A stretch of 62,684 nt of DNA, filler included, from Chiloscyllium plagiosum (GCF_004010195.1; 3 parts of one record of this genome joined end to end with filler, not necessarily neighbours in it), one strand, 5' to 3'; positions 1 through 13,330 are shown, numbered from the whole stretch's first letter. Notes: generated by a model from the letters alone, not told the origin. Numbers and translations: made by a program.

Positions 1-190
1 TACTCTATGCACTTCCTCCCCACCCCCCCCACTTATCTTTCCACTCTGCAGGTACCCTGCCTCTATTCCTCATGAAGGTCTTTTGCCCGAAATGTCGATT
101 TTCCTGCTCCTCGGATGCTGCCTGACCTGCTGTGCTTTTCCACTCTAATCTAGACTCTGGTTTCCAGCATCTGCAGTCCTTGTTTTTACT
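1..190 (+). mobile_element. 3' end of a Penelope-like element (family A) with degenerate hammerhead motif
   Basis: Same sequence family as 9893-10031, 11765-11878, 19771-19997, 23872-24205 and 62350-62535. Confidence 0.7.
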
Positions 191-737
191 TGTTTTTACT
201 CATTCCAAACAATCCCAAGTCAGATAGTCTTTTACCTTTCTTTCAAACAGGTGGCGAATCTGGGAGAGACTGTGGACTGTTTCATATAAATACGGTAATC
301 TTTTGGAATGTCGGTTATAATATATAAGGTTGCATTAAAACATTAATCAGGTTTATCTCTTCTGCAGCTTAGAGCATTCGTCACCCATTGCAATATTCAG
401 CTTGTTTGTTCTAACAAAAGATTTTAAACTTGAAATCTTGTCTCATCTTGTTCCTTTCAGTGAGTCGGTGGAATTGAAATATCTTTTTAAAAGTTATCAA
501 TCTTTAAAGGGATCGTGACAAAATTAAGCTCTCATAAAGAAATTAGATCAGAATTCAGATTTAACTCCTGGTGATAATTTGACAAGGAATATTTATGTAA
601 GGCTGAATTTTACTAAAAGTGTCAACTCTGGTGAGTCGAATGGAGGGATTTTCACTGAGGGCTAGCGAGATTTCTCATGCAACTCCAAGTGTGGTGGCAA
701 CCATTTTCTTTCCCATTGTGCATTTACATCTTGAAGG

Positions 738-1376
738 TGTAATGGACTAGGCCAGACCACTCAAAACATTCTTAAGCAGGCAGCACAGACCATTATTTTG
801 CAATTTGTTTTGGTAAGTGTACAGTGAAAATTACCCGAATTATGTTAGCGAGGTTGACTACCAGGTTTAAAACAGACAAAACATTTATTCACAAAATTAC
901 ACAATGAAACACTAAGAACAGAATAAAGAACCCTTACAGAACTCAGTCTATCCAAATTAGTCTTAAGTATGCTGTTCCGAATATACACAACAGTCCCAAC
1001 AAGCAAACTTCCTTTAAAACTCAGTACTAAAAAGGGTCAGATGCTTACAGGTTGAAGTTAGAAGGGCAGAAGAGAGAATTTCCACACAGCTCACTGTTGA
1101 ATTCCCAACCAGTTCTGGACTGAATTAAACTATTTAGCTAGACAGCTGACCACTCCCCTTTCATTCTACAGGTCACTTCTAAAACATGACCACTTTGGCC
1201 TGAAGTCTCATCTGTTTACATATAAACAAAAAGCCTCTCAAAATCCTTTTCAACACTGTATCAAACCAGTCTGATTGGAGCCCACCTGGTTTATTACTCC
1301 TCTGAAAAAAATCAAGGATACAGTATCCTTGAGCAAAGAAACAGCTTTTAGAAAAAAAAGGACTAGCTTTGTGACA
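738..1376 (-). mobile_element. Solo LTR (LTR retrotransposon or ERV)
   Basis: Starts TGT, ends ACA, flanked by 4-bp direct repeat AAGG (734-737 and 1377-1380); 639 bp; AATAAA on minus strand near 884; orientation tentative. Confidence 0.7.
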
Positions 1377-1499
1377 AAGGAAGGAAAGAACAGCCATGCT
1401 TCATAGAATGAGTCACAGACTCACAGACTCGGCCTCTCAGTGTTCGTAAACCCCCAAAACCTCTCCCCAGTCCCATCCTGCAAATTTTCACTTTCCCCT

Positions 1500-3545
1500 T
1501 CTTAAGACCATAACACATAGGAGCAGAAATTAGACCATTCAGTCCATCGACTTTGCTCCACCGTTCAATCATTCTCCCACTTCCTCCCTATAACCCTTGA
1601 TCCCTTTGATACTCAGTCTTACATATGATTAGATCAGATTTCCTACAGTATGGAAACAAGTCCTTCGGCCCAACAAGTCCACACCGACCCTCCGAAAAGC
1701 AACCTACCCAGACCTATTCCCCTACATTTACCCCTGACTAATGTACCTAACATTATGGGCAATTTAGCATGGCCAATTCAGCTAACCTACACATCTTTGG
1801 ATTGTGGGAGGAAACCCACGCAGACACAGGGAAAATGTGCAAAGTCCACACAGACAGTCGTCCGAGGTGGGAATTGAACCAGGGTCCCTGGCACTGCGAG
1901 GCAGTAGTGCTAACCACTGAGCCACTGTGCCGATGACCTGAGCCAATGACCTGGCCTCCACAGACTTCTGTAATAATGAATTACATAGATTCACCACTCT
2001 CTGGCTGAAGAAATTTCTCCTAGGCCCTCTGGTCCTCGTCTCTCCTACAAATGGAAACATCTTCTCAACATGTACTCTCTCCAGGCCATTCAGTATTCTG
2101 TATGTTTCAATTAGATCCCCCCTCATCCTTCTAAACTTTGTCAAGTATAGACCCAGAGTCCTCAAATGTTCCTCATATGCTAATCTTTTCATTTTTTGGA
2201 CCATTCTCGTGAATTTTCTCTGAACACACTCCTGAGATATGACCCAAAACTGCACACAATACTCCAGTTGTGGTCTGACCAGAACCTTATAGAGCCTCAT
2301 AAGTACATCCCTGCTTTTATATTAAAGTCCTCTCAAAATAAATGCCATCATTGCATTTGCCTTCCTAATTATTGAATCAACCTGCAAGTTTACTTTGAGA
2401 GAATCCTGGACTAGAACTCTCAATTTTCTTTGCACTTCAGACTTCTGAATTTTCTCCCCATTTAGAAAATAACCCATCCTTTTATATTTCTGCCAAAGTG
2501 TATGACCTTACACTTTCCCACATTGTACTCCATCTGCCATTTCTTTGCCCACTCTCCTAACATGTTCAACTCCTTCTGCAGCCTCCCTGCCTCCTCAATG
2601 CTACCTGTTCTTCTGACTATCTTTGTACCATCTGCAAACTTAGTCAAAATGCCCCCAGTTTCTTCATCTAGATCATTAATGCATAAAGTGAAAAGTTGTG
2701 GTGCCAACACTAAGCCTTGCATAATGCCACTTGTAGTGCCAACCTGAGAAAGATGCTTTTATCCCCACTCCCTGCTTTCTGCCAGACAGCCAAGCTTCTA
2801 TCCATGTCAGCACCTTGCCTCTCACACCATGGGCCCTTATCTTACTCAGTAGCCTCTTGTGTGGCACCTTGTCAAAGGCCTTCTTGAAGCACAGGTTAAT
2901 AATATTGATTGTCTCTCCTTGGTCTAACCTGCTTGTTAATTACTCAAAGAACTCTAGCAGATTTGTCAGGCATGACCTTCCCTTGATGAAACCATGCTGA
3001 CTTTCCCCTATTTTACCTTACACTTGGATTCCAGGATCTTACCCAAACTGAGGTTAGGCTAATCAGTCTGTAATTTTCCCTCTTTTGCCTTACTCTCTTT
3101 TTAAACAGGGTTGTCACGTTAGCAATTTGCCAAGCTTCTGAGACCCTCCCTGAATCTAGCGATTCCTGAAAGATCACCACTGTCTCCACTCTGTCTTCAG
3201 CTATCTCCTTTAGAACGATGGGGTGTAGTCCATTTGAGCCAGGTAATTTATCCACCTTCAGGTCATTCAATTTTTCTAGCACCTTCTCCTTGGTGATGGC
3301 CACCATACTCAGCTCTGTCTCTTCACTCTCTTGAATTTTTATTTTTACTCGTATCTTCCATCATGAAAACTGACACAAGGTTTCTCAGCCATTTCGGCAC
3401 AAGGTAATTATTCAGGTCCTCAGCTATTTTCTTGTTCCCCACTATTATCTCTCCAATGTCTCTCCAGCAGTCCCATGTCCACATTTGTCTCTCTTTGAAT
3501 CTTTATATATCTAAAGAAACTCTTACAGTCTTCCTTTATATTCTT
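1500..3545 (-). mobile_element. Degenerate CR1 LINE (RT region and 3' end), interrupted by a SINE
   Basis: ORF fragments LVRPQLEYCVQFW, INDLD..KFADGTK, NYRLISLTS, HGFIKGRSCLTNL with frameshifts. Confidence 0.9.
1628..1932 (-). mobile_element. HE1-type tRNA-derived SINE
   Basis: Minus strand ggcacagtggctcagtggttagcac (A box) and ggttcaattcc (B box), CR1-like tail. Confidence 0.85.
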
Positions 3546-4560
3546 GTTTGTCCTTCCTGTTGATGCTGTCAATTTTGATCTACTCCACATTCCCAACCTG
3601 CAACTTTGCATCTCCATATGCCAATGAGGCAAGATTAACTAACAATGAGAAGTTAATTACAAATAGGTGCAAGTAGGCCTCTCAGGGCTCATGAGTAAGA
3701 TTCCTGTCTTGTTGTTCACTTAGTTAGACAATGGAACATGTTGCTCTTGATGTCAAGAAACCAACTTTCACATCATTGTCTATGTCATTCAGGGGCTGGA
3801 AATCACCTCTAGTGACTAAATTCAGTGAGTAGGAAGTTAAAATGTGTTTGGTGTAGCAATTTTCTTGAATGACAAAACATACAAAAATTAAGAGAACGTT
3901 AGGTGTTCTTATTGGAAAGCAGGTGCATGCGGAAAGCATAGAAGTTTTCACCATTTTCAGGTATGCAGTCTAATAATTATGAGACAGTGAAGAATGCTAC
4001 TTTAAATATGCATGAGTTAGCGCCAGACGTTTAGACATAAAAAATTACATTCAAAGGAACAGAATCAGTGTGCTATGAAATTTGTTAGAGAAAAGCAAAA
4101 GATATTATATAGTTGGTAAAGGGCAATGAAGATTGAGCAAGATTTTGAAAATGTTAAAGATGAAATGCTCAGAGGAATTTGAAAATAGTGTCCCTTTAGA
4201 AATAAGTTCCTAACGAGGAGACCAAATGTTTCTAAGTTAAAAGCAGCTGAAAGTAAAGCTGATAACCATGCATTATCACACAAACAAGTGAGTAACTCCA
4301 GACCAAATTTTGCAAACCCATAAAGAAACTGAGAAGAGGAGAATATTGGTCATGGTAAGATATCAAACGAAAAGACAACTATGTCTCAATGTATTAGGAG
4401 TAGGAGATGGCTTTTGGATTTCATCAGGGCTGCTTCACTGTTTGAAGATATTTGATTTTAGCCTTAACCTAACTTTCTCTCCTATCACTGATATTATTTA
4501 CTCCCTTGATCATTTAGGAGGAGAAAGTGAGGTCTGTAGCATCTATAGATGCTGGAGATC

Positions 4561-5580
4561 ATAGAGGGTTGTTTTTCAGACTGGAGGCCTGCGACCAGTG
4601 GAGTGCCACAAGGATTGGTGCTTGGTCCACTCCTCTTCATCATTTATATAAATGATGAAAAGCATGAGGTATAGATAGCAAGTTTGCAGATGACACCAAA
4701 ATTGGAGGTGTAGTGGACAGCGAAGAAGGTTACCTCAGGAACTTGTTCAGATGAGCCAATGGGCTGAGAAGTGGCAGATGGAGTTTAATTTAGATAAATG
4801 TGAGGTGCTGCATTTTGGGAAAGCAGATCTTAGCAGGACTTATACACTTAATGGTAAGGTCCTAGGGAGTGTTGCTGAATAAAGAGATCTTGGAATGCAG
4901 GTTCATAGCTCCTTGAATGTGGAGTCACAGGTAGATAGGATAGTGAAGATGTTTGATATGCTTTCCTTTATTGGTCAGAGCATTGAGTACAGTAGTTGGG
5001 AGGTCATGTTGTGGTTGTACAGGCCCACTGTTGGAATATTTTATGCAATTCTGGTCTCCTTCCTATCTGAAAGATGTTGTGAAACTTGAAATAGTTCAGA
5101 AAAGATTTACAAAGATGCTGTCAGGGTTGGAGGATTTGAGCAATAGGGCGAGGTTGAATAGGCTGGGCCTGTTTTCCCTGGAGCGTCAGAGACTGAGGGG
5201 TGACCTTATAGAGTTTTATAAATTATGAGGGGCATGGTTAGGATAAATAGACAAATTCTTTTCCCTGGGGTGGCGGAGTCCAGAACTAGATGACATAGGT
5301 TTAGGGTGAGAGGGGAAAAATATAAAAGAGACTTATGGGTCAACCTTTTTCATGCAGAGGGTGGTATGTGTATGAAATGAGCTGCCAGAGGAAGTGGTGG
5401 AGGCTCGTGCAATTGCAACATTAAAAGGCATCTGGATGGGTATATGAATAGGAAGGGTTTGGAGGGATATGGGCTGGATGCAGGCAGGCAGGACTAGGTT
5501 GGGTTGGGATATCTGGTCGACATGGACAAGTTGGACCGAAAGGTCTGTTTCCATGCTGGACATCTCTATGACTCTATAAC
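4561..5580 (+). mobile_element. 5'-truncated CR1 LINE (HER1-like) 3' fragment
   Basis: SGVPQG, KFADDTK, QFWSPSY motifs; tail ctctatgactctat. Confidence 0.92.
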
Positions 5581-6089
5581 ATTGCAGAGTAGCAACTAGT
5601 TACAGGCTACTTGAATTGATAAACACTATTAGAGATTAGAGATTTTGAGGAGCATCAGATATTAGGACATTCTCCTTCCAGATCCTGAGCTGGTCTGCTC
5701 ACCATGTCTATATGACACTATCGTAGTGGTTGCTGCTAATGGTATTCTTCAGTATTAACCCATTCGATCCATGTATGTATAATTTAAGGTAAACTGAAGG
5801 GATGAAGAGAGTTGAGACACTTGCTGTGAGTAAGACGCAAAATGTTCACACCTGTAAATGTGTTAAGAGCAGCTATGCTACCTGAGGATAGATTTTTGGT
5901 TTCCAGAGTTTTGGACAGAAAGAGATCCAGACACTCGTCTGCTCAGCAACATGCAGAAGGCAACCATTTAGTGCTACATAATGTAATCAAGCAGATTCAG
6001 CATGATTTCATGAAGGAGAAATCATACCTAATAAGTTTAGTAGAAATCTTTGAGAAGATAACAAGCAGTGCGTCTAACAAATTTGTGCT

Positions 6090-6162
6090 GTTTCCATAGT
6101 GTAGTGGTTGTCACGTTTGCCTCACACACGAAAGGTCCCCAGTTTGATCCTGGGTGGGATCA
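6090..6162 (+). pseudogene. tRNA-Val(CAC) pseudogene
   Basis: GTTTCCATAGTGTAGTGGTTGTCACGTTTGCCTCACACACGAAAGGTCCCCAGTTTGATCCTGGGTGGGATCA is colinear with vertebrate tRNA-Val; anticodon CAC at 6123-6125; most differences are CpG to TpG/CpA, including the B-box (GTTTGA). Confidence 0.88.
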
Positions 6163-6174
6163 TTGCGCTTTATC

Positions 6175-9100
6175 TTTACTGTGGATTATATTTGCCATAA
6201 ATGCTGTTGGATGCGAATCTTATCAGATCAAATGGATCGGTTGGAGAGATAGATAGAAGGAATAAGGTATTTGCAACAGCAACAGTATGTGATGGATGGC
6301 AGTTATAGGAAGGGGTGGGGGGGTGGGGGGGGGGGGAGTCTCAGATAAAGTAACATAGATGGGTTAACTCCAGGAAGGGTAAGAGAAGTAGGCAGCTACT
6401 GCAGGAGTCTTTTGTGGATAAACCCATTTCAAACAGGTATGCTGTTTTGGAAAATGTAGGGGGTGATGGATTCTCAGGGGAACGTAGCACGAACAGCCAA
6501 GTTTCTGGTATTGAGACTGGCTCTAATGCAATGAGGGGTACGTCCAAGAGATCAATTGTGTTAGGGGATTCTGTAGTCAGAGGTACAGACAGACATTTCT
6601 GTGGCCAGCAGAGAAAAAGCAAAATGGTGTGTTGTTTCCCTGGTGCCAGGATCAAGGATGTCTCAGAGAAGGTGCAGAATGTTCTCATGGGGGAGAGGGG
6701 CCAGCAGGAGATCATTGTCCACATTGGAACCAACGACATTGGAAGGGAAAAGGTTGAGACTTGAAGGGAGATTACAGAGAGTTAGGTAGAAATTTAAAAA
6801 GGAGGTCCTCAAGGGTAGTAATATCTGGATTACTCCCAGTTCTACGAGCTAGTGAGGGCAGGAATAGGAGGATAGAGCAGATGAATGCATGGTTGAGGAG
6901 CTGGTGTATGGGAGAAGGAATCACATTTTTGGATCATTGGAATCTCTTTTGAGGTAGATGTGACCTGTACAAGAAGGACGGAATGCATCTAAATTGGAAG
7001 GGGACTAATATACTGGCAGGGAAATTTGCTAGAACTGCTTGGGAGGATTTAAACTCGTAAGGTGAGGGGGTGGGACCCAGGGAATAGTGAGGAAATAGAT
7101 CGATCTGAGGTGGGTACAGCTGAGAATAGAAGTGAGTCAAACAGTCAGGGCAGGCAGGGACAAGGTAAGACTAATAAATTAAACTGCATTTATTTCAATG
7201 CAAGGCAGATGAACTCAGGACATGTTTAGGAACATGGGACTGGGATATCATAGCAATCACAGAAATATGGCTCAGGGATGGGCAAGACTGGCAGCTTAAT
7301 GTTCCAGGATACAAATGCTACAGGAAGGATAGAAAGCGAGGCAAGAGAGGAGGGAGAGTGGCATTTTTGATAAAGGATAGCATTACAGCTGTGCTGAGGG
7401 AGGATATTCCCGGAAATACATCCAGGGAAGTTATTTGGGTCGAACTGAGAAATAAGAAAGGGATGATCACCTTATTGGGATTGTATTATAGACCCCCCCA
7501 ATAGTCAGAGGGAAAATTGAGAAACAAACTTGTAAGGAGATCTCAGCTATCTGTAAGAATAATAGGGTAGTTATGGCGGGGGATTTTAACTTTCCAAACA
7601 TCAACTGGGACTGCCATAGTGTTAAAGGTTTAGATGGAGAGGAATTTGTTAAGTGTGTACAAGACAATTTTCTGATTCAGTAAGTGGATGTACCTACTAG
7701 AGAGGTTGCAAAACTTGACCTACTCTTGGGAAATAAGACAGGGCAGGTGACTGAGGTGTCAGTGGGGGAGCACTTTGGGGCCAGCGACCATAATTCTATT
7801 TGTTTTAAAATAGTGANNNNNNNNNNNNNNNNNNNNNNNNNNNNNNNNNNNNNNNNNNNNNNNNNNNNNNNNNNNNNNNNNNNNNNNNNNNNNNNNNNNN
7901 NNNNNNNNNNNNNNNNNNNNNNNNNNNNNNNNNNNNNNNNNNNNNNNNNNNNNNNNNNNNNNNNNNNNNNNNNNNNNNNNNNNNNNNNNNNNNNNNNNNN
8001 NNNNNNNNNNNNNNNNNNNNNNNNNNNNNNNNNNNNNNNNNNNNNNNNNNNNNNNNNNNNNNNNNNNNNNNNNNNNNNNNNNNNNNNNNNNNNNNNNNNN
8101 NNNNNNNNNNNNNNNNNNNNNNNNNNNNNNNNNNNNNNNNNNNNNNNNNNNNNNNNNNNNNNNNNNNNNNNNNNNNNNNNNNNNNNNNNNNNNNNNNNNN
8201 NNNNNNNNNNNNNNNNNNNNNNNNNNNNNNNNNNNNNNNNNNNNNNNNNNNNNNNNNNNNNNNNNNNNNNNNNNNNNNNNNNNNNNNNNNNNNNNNNNNN
8301 NNNNNNNNNNNNNNNNNNNNNNNNNNNNNNNNNNNNNNNNNNNNNNNNNNNNNNNNNNNNNNNNNNNNNNNNNNNNNNNNNNNNNNNNNNNNNNNNNNNN
8401 NNNNNNNNNNNNNNNNNNNNNNNNNNNNNNNNNNNNNNNNNNNNNNNNNNNNNNNNNNNNNNNNNNNNNNNNNNNNNNNNNNNNNNNNNNNNNNNNNNNN
8501 NNNNNNNNNNNNNNNNNNNNNNNNNNNNNNNNNNNNNNNNNNNNNNNNNNNNNNNNNNNNNNNNNNNNNNNNNNNNNNNNNNNNNNNNNNNNNNNNNNNN
8601 NNNNNNNNNNNNNNNNNNNNNNNNNNNNNNNNNNNNNNNNNNNNNNNNNNNNNNNNNNNNNNNNNNNNNNNNNNNNNNNNNNNNNNNNNNNNNNNNNNNN
8701 NNNNNNNNNNNNNNNNNNNNNNNNNNNNNNNNNNNNNNNNNNNNNNNNNNNNNNNNNNNNNNNNNNNNNNNNNNNNNNNNNNNNNNNNNNNNGACTTCAG
8801 TAAGGCGTTTGACAAGGTTCCCATGGGAGACTGATTAGCAAGGTTAGATCTCATGGAATACAGGGAGAACTAGCCATTTGGATACAGAACTGGCTCAAAG
8901 GTAGAAGACAGAGGGTGGTGGTGGAGGGTTGTTTTTCAGACTGGAGGCCTGTGACGAGTGGAGTGCCACCAGGGTTGGTGCTAGGCCCTCTACTTTTTGT
9001 TATTTACATAAATGATTTGGATGCAAGCATAAGAGGTACAGTTAGTAAGTTTGCAGACAACACCAAAATTGGAGGTGTAGTGGACAGCAAAGAGGGTTAC

Positions 9101-10105
9101 CTCAGATTACAACAGGATCTGGACCAGATGGGCCAATGGGCTGAGAAGTAGCAGATGGAATTTAATTCAGATAAATGTGAGGAAAGCAACTCTTAGCAGG
9201 ACTTGTACACTTAATGATAAGGTCCTAGGGAGTGTTCCTGAACAAAGAGACCTTGGAGTGCAGGTTCATAGCTCCTTGAAAGTGGAGTCGCAGGTGGATA
9301 GGACAGGGAAGAAGGCATTTGGTATGCTTTCCTTTATTGGTCAGAGTATTGAGTACAGGAGTTGGAAGGTCATGTTGCGGCTGTACAGGACATTGGTTAG
9401 GCCACTGTTAGAATATTACGTGCAATTCTGGTCTCCTTCCTATCGGAAAGGTGTTGTAAAACTTGAAAGGGTTCAGAAAAGATTTACGAGGATGTTGCCA
9501 GGGTTGGAGGATCTGAGCTACAGGGAGAGGCTGAATAGGCTGGGGCTGTTTTCCATGAAGCGTCGGAAGCTGAGGGGTGACCTTGTAGAGGTTTACAAAA
9601 TTATGAGGGGCATGGATAGGATAAATAGACAAAGTCTTTTCTCAGGGGTAGGGGAGTCCAGAACTAGAGGGCATAGTTTTAGGGTGAGAGGGGAAAGATA
9701 TAAAAGAGACCTAAGGGGCAACTTTTTCACGCAGAAGGTAGTACGTGTATGGAAAGAGCTACCAGAGGATGTGGTGGAGGCTGGTACAATTGCAACATTC
9801 AAGAGGCATTTGGATGGGTATATGAATAGGAAGGGTTTGGAGGGATATGGGCCAGGTACTGGCAGGTGGGACAAGATCGGGTTGGGATATCTAGGTAAAA
9901 ACAATGACTGCAGATGCTGGAAACTAGAGTCATAGTAGAGTGGTGCTGGTAAAGCACAGCAGTTCAGGCAGCATCCAAGGAGCAGTAAAATCGACGTTTT
10001 AGGCAAAAAACCCTTCATCAGGAATACAGCTGGGTTGGGATATCTGGTTGGTATGTACAGATTGGACCGAAGGGTCTGCTTCCATGCTGTACATCTGTAT
10101 GACAA
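6175..10105 (+). mobile_element. Near full-length CR1 LINE spanning an N gap (ORF1 esterase, ORF2 endonuclease and RT), disrupted
   Basis: ORF1 IVLGDSVVRG, VHIGTNDIG, DGMHLN; APE endonuclease GDFNFP; RT DFSKAFDKVP, SGVP, YINDLD; stops and frameshifts. Confidence 0.92.
9893..10031 (-). mobile_element. Short Penelope-like fragment (family A) inserted in the CR1 3' end
   Basis: Flanked by 14-bp direct repeat gggttgggatatct (9879-9892 and 10032-10045). Confidence 0.8.
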
Positions 10106-10165
10106 TCCACCAATCCTGAGTTTGCATCAAAGATAAACTTCATCCCAGTTAATGAGTATTTCCCA

Positions 10166-10450
10166 CCACGGTGGCACAGTGGTTAGCACTGTTGCCTCAC
10201 AGCACCAGAGACCCGGGTTCAATTCCCGCCTCAGGCGACTGACTGTGTGGAGTTTGCACATTCTCTCCGTGTCTGCTCTGGTTTCCTTCCACAGTCCAAA
10301 GATGTGCAGGTCAGGTGAATTGGCTATGCTAAATTGCCCGTAGTGTTAGGTAAGGGGTAAATGTAGGGGTATGGGTGGATGGCGGGTCGGTGTGGACTTG
10401 TTGGGCCGAAGGGCCTGTTTCCACACTGTAATGTAATGTAATCTAATCTT
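10166..10450 (+). mobile_element. HE1-type SINE
   Basis: cacggtggcacagtggttagcac, gggttcaattcc; tail taatgtaatctaatct. Confidence 0.88.
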
Positions 10451-11764
10451 AAAAAAACCATAGCAGCATTGGGAAAATAATTCCAGTCTTCAGATAGAAA
10501 CCCGAAAGGGTCAAAGCTAATTATTTCTGCTCATCTTGCAACAGGATTGACTCTGAAACAAATAAAATGCAGATGTTTCTTTTTAAGAAATAAATGTTGG
10601 ATCATGACATATCTATTACAGGTATACGAGGAAGCATAGCAACATATTAGTGAATATCTGTGACTTATAGGTTTCTCAGACAGTGAGTAGAGGTTTTAAC
10701 GTAATAAACACAGACACTGATTAGATTTTGGTACAGTTTTCTGTTAATTACTAGTTTTTTTCTATTTCGTTGCATATTTATTGGTAAAGTGAATTTATTA
10801 TCAGATTTCTTAATACAGTATGGAGTTATAATCCATGTCTTTGTTGTGACAGTTCAACATTTATAGGCTATGCATTTTCCAGGATTGTTGCAAATTCAAT
10901 TGCTAAAAGCAGTTCATGTTTATATAGCACCTTTAACATAAATAATACCTCATGGGGCCACACAATTGAGCATAGAGAAAATACAACAGCGAGGGTAAAA
11001 ATTAGAGGGAATGTGTGAAAGATAAAATGAGGATTTGAGAAGAATTAAGAATGTAGGAACAGGAGTATGGCATATCTGTATCCTAAATCTAATTGTTTGT
11101 CTTACTCTGTATCCATCATTATTGTTGGCTAGGCGCAACCTGGCAACTCAAATTTAAAGATTATTTATCAAACTGGCACATATTTGTATCACTCCTCTTA
11201 TGAAGAAATTTTCCCCAACTTTTCTCTCCTCTAAGACCGGTGTTATTCTAGGCTCTTCCACCACTGCAAGCATTTCTAGTTACTAACAAATCCTTTCAAA
11301 ATTCTAAAAATCTCAATCAGCGTCAATATGTAAGGAAACGTGAAGCTCGTTTGTGGTTTCAATTCAAAAGTTAACTTATATACCATTTGTAATATTTTGC
11401 TGAATTGGTGCAGCATTCCTTCCAAAGCTTAAATTATCCTCTATCAAGTGCAGTGCCCAGAACTGCGTATGTTATTTCAGATTTGGTCTAGATTTTTTTT
11501 GTTATGAAACAACCAAAACATATTTCCTTCTTTATATTTCTGTTTGCCAAACATGGGGCTCTTGTTCCTTCAGTCTTTGTCAATTAGATTTTCATGACCT
11601 ATATGCATAGGCCCTCAAATCTCTTTGGAATAACACAGTTCTTCGATTTTCATCGTTTTAAAAATAATTCAAAGTGTGTGGCCCCATATTTACTTGCATG
11701 AAAATCAGTCCCAAAAAGTTTGTCTCCAATTTTATACTCAAATCAGCATGATTTACTATGCCGG

Positions 11765-11878
11765 GGAGAAAGTGAGGACTGCAGATGCTGGAGATCAGAG
11801 TCAAAGTGTGGCGCTGGAAAGCACAGCAGGTCAGGAGGAGCAGGACAGTCAACGTTTCGGGCATAAACCCTTCATCAT
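11765..11878 (-). mobile_element. Short Penelope-like fragment (family A)
   Basis: gagaaagtgaggactgcagatgctggagatcagag...cgtttcgggcataaacccttcatca. Confidence 0.75.
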
Positions 11879-12744
11879 TAGATAACACAACAGCCGATCC
11901 CAAGCCATTGATTAAAAAACAACCCAAGACTCATTTCTAGGGCCAGATAGAATGCACAGGAGTGAAGGGAGTAAATCAATGATGTTCTCACTGGCACCAT
12001 GTTCTCTGTTATCTCATACAAACACATGAGCTATCATGTTCTTTATGCAGCATTTTCACTCAACAATGGCCACCAACCTCATTCTTTACAACAACTAACC
12101 CTTCTGGCTAAAATGCTATGCTATGCAATCCACAGAGGCTGATGTGAATAAGCACAAAGAAATGAAGGCACGATCCAAAAGATGCATGAGTTGGTTTTTG
12201 TGTCCCTCTATACAAAGCAACAAGGAAGGAACATGAAAGTCAAAGGAGTCACGAAGCTCTAAAGTGATGCTCTGAAGGTCAGAAGTGGATTTTGAGTTAG
12301 TCTGAGAATAGCCATGAGAACATATTGAGGAAAATTACTTGCAAATGCCAACTTCAGTGAATATAGGATTGAGGAGGTGGTCCATAGGATGTGCAATGAG
12401 ATACTGATGAATGAATCTTAAGATGGAAGCCCTGAGTAGTAAGCAGCCAGCTGCTACAGTAACTGCTCTTTCAAACTGGGAATTATCATCTAGTCTCTCA
12501 AAAGAAAATTGCAAGTGGCATTTTGGATACTAATGAGACAAAAATGTATGGAAATAAGGTAAATAATCACTTATCAGAAAGATTTGGATCTCATCATTGG
12601 AACCTCAGAGAAAACTTGATATTTTTCCTAGACATGGAGAATCAAATTTTTCTCAAAGCCTGAGAAAATTCTCCTCAGTGCTGCTCGTGTGGAACCTTAG
12701 GTATCTTCACAAAGGCATAAATTAGCCCATAGACCTTCACTGGA

Positions 12745-13330
12745 TTTTACTAACAGGATTAGGCCCTTCAGTCAGTAAAGTCTACCATGCCATTTAATAC
12801 ATTCATGACTGAACAATCACTTCAATGACTTTCACCTACTCGATAATTTACCCCATCATCGAATTTTATAAATCACTTTCTAACTTTAACATACACAATG
12901 GCTGAGCATCCACAGTCCACTGCATTACAGAATTCCAGAAGTTCATAACCCTCACAGTAAAAGAATTCTCTGCTTCTTAGCAACCCCTTACACTTAAATT
13001 GTATCCGTCTCTAGCCTCCCCAACCAAGGGAAATAGTTTACCTGCATTAATCTTGTCTATCCCTTTTTGTTAGATGTAATGAGATTGCCTCACTTTCCAT
13101 GAAACTCTACAGATTATAGCCCAGTTTGCAAAATTTCTCTTCAAAGGATAATCCCACCATCCTGAGAACAAGACTAATGAACCTTTGTTGCACCCCTTAC
13201 ACTGCAATAACATCTTTCCTGAAATAAGTAGACCAAAATTGCACAGTATTCCAGATAACCAGGTTCCCCTGCAATTGAAGCAAGAATTCATTAGGCCAGT
13301 GCTCAAATCCTCTTGCAATAAAGACCAATA
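12745..13330 (-). mobile_element. Old degenerate CR1 3' fragment
   Basis: Residual similarity to CR1 ORF2 C-terminus (gaatactgtgcaattttggtct). Confidence 0.7.

Noticed and set aside
6414..7060. SGNH/GDSL esterase-like gene
   Set aside because: It is CR1 ORF1, frameshifted and followed directly by ORF2
7684..8854. Long ORFs of 349-438 aa here, at 30106-31618 and at 39200-40267
   Set aside because: Their length comes from N runs; the real parts are CR1 or Penelope fragments
10166..10240. tRNA-like heads of the SINE copies as tRNA genes
   Set aside because: They continue into the SINE body and tail and lack a proper cloverleaf
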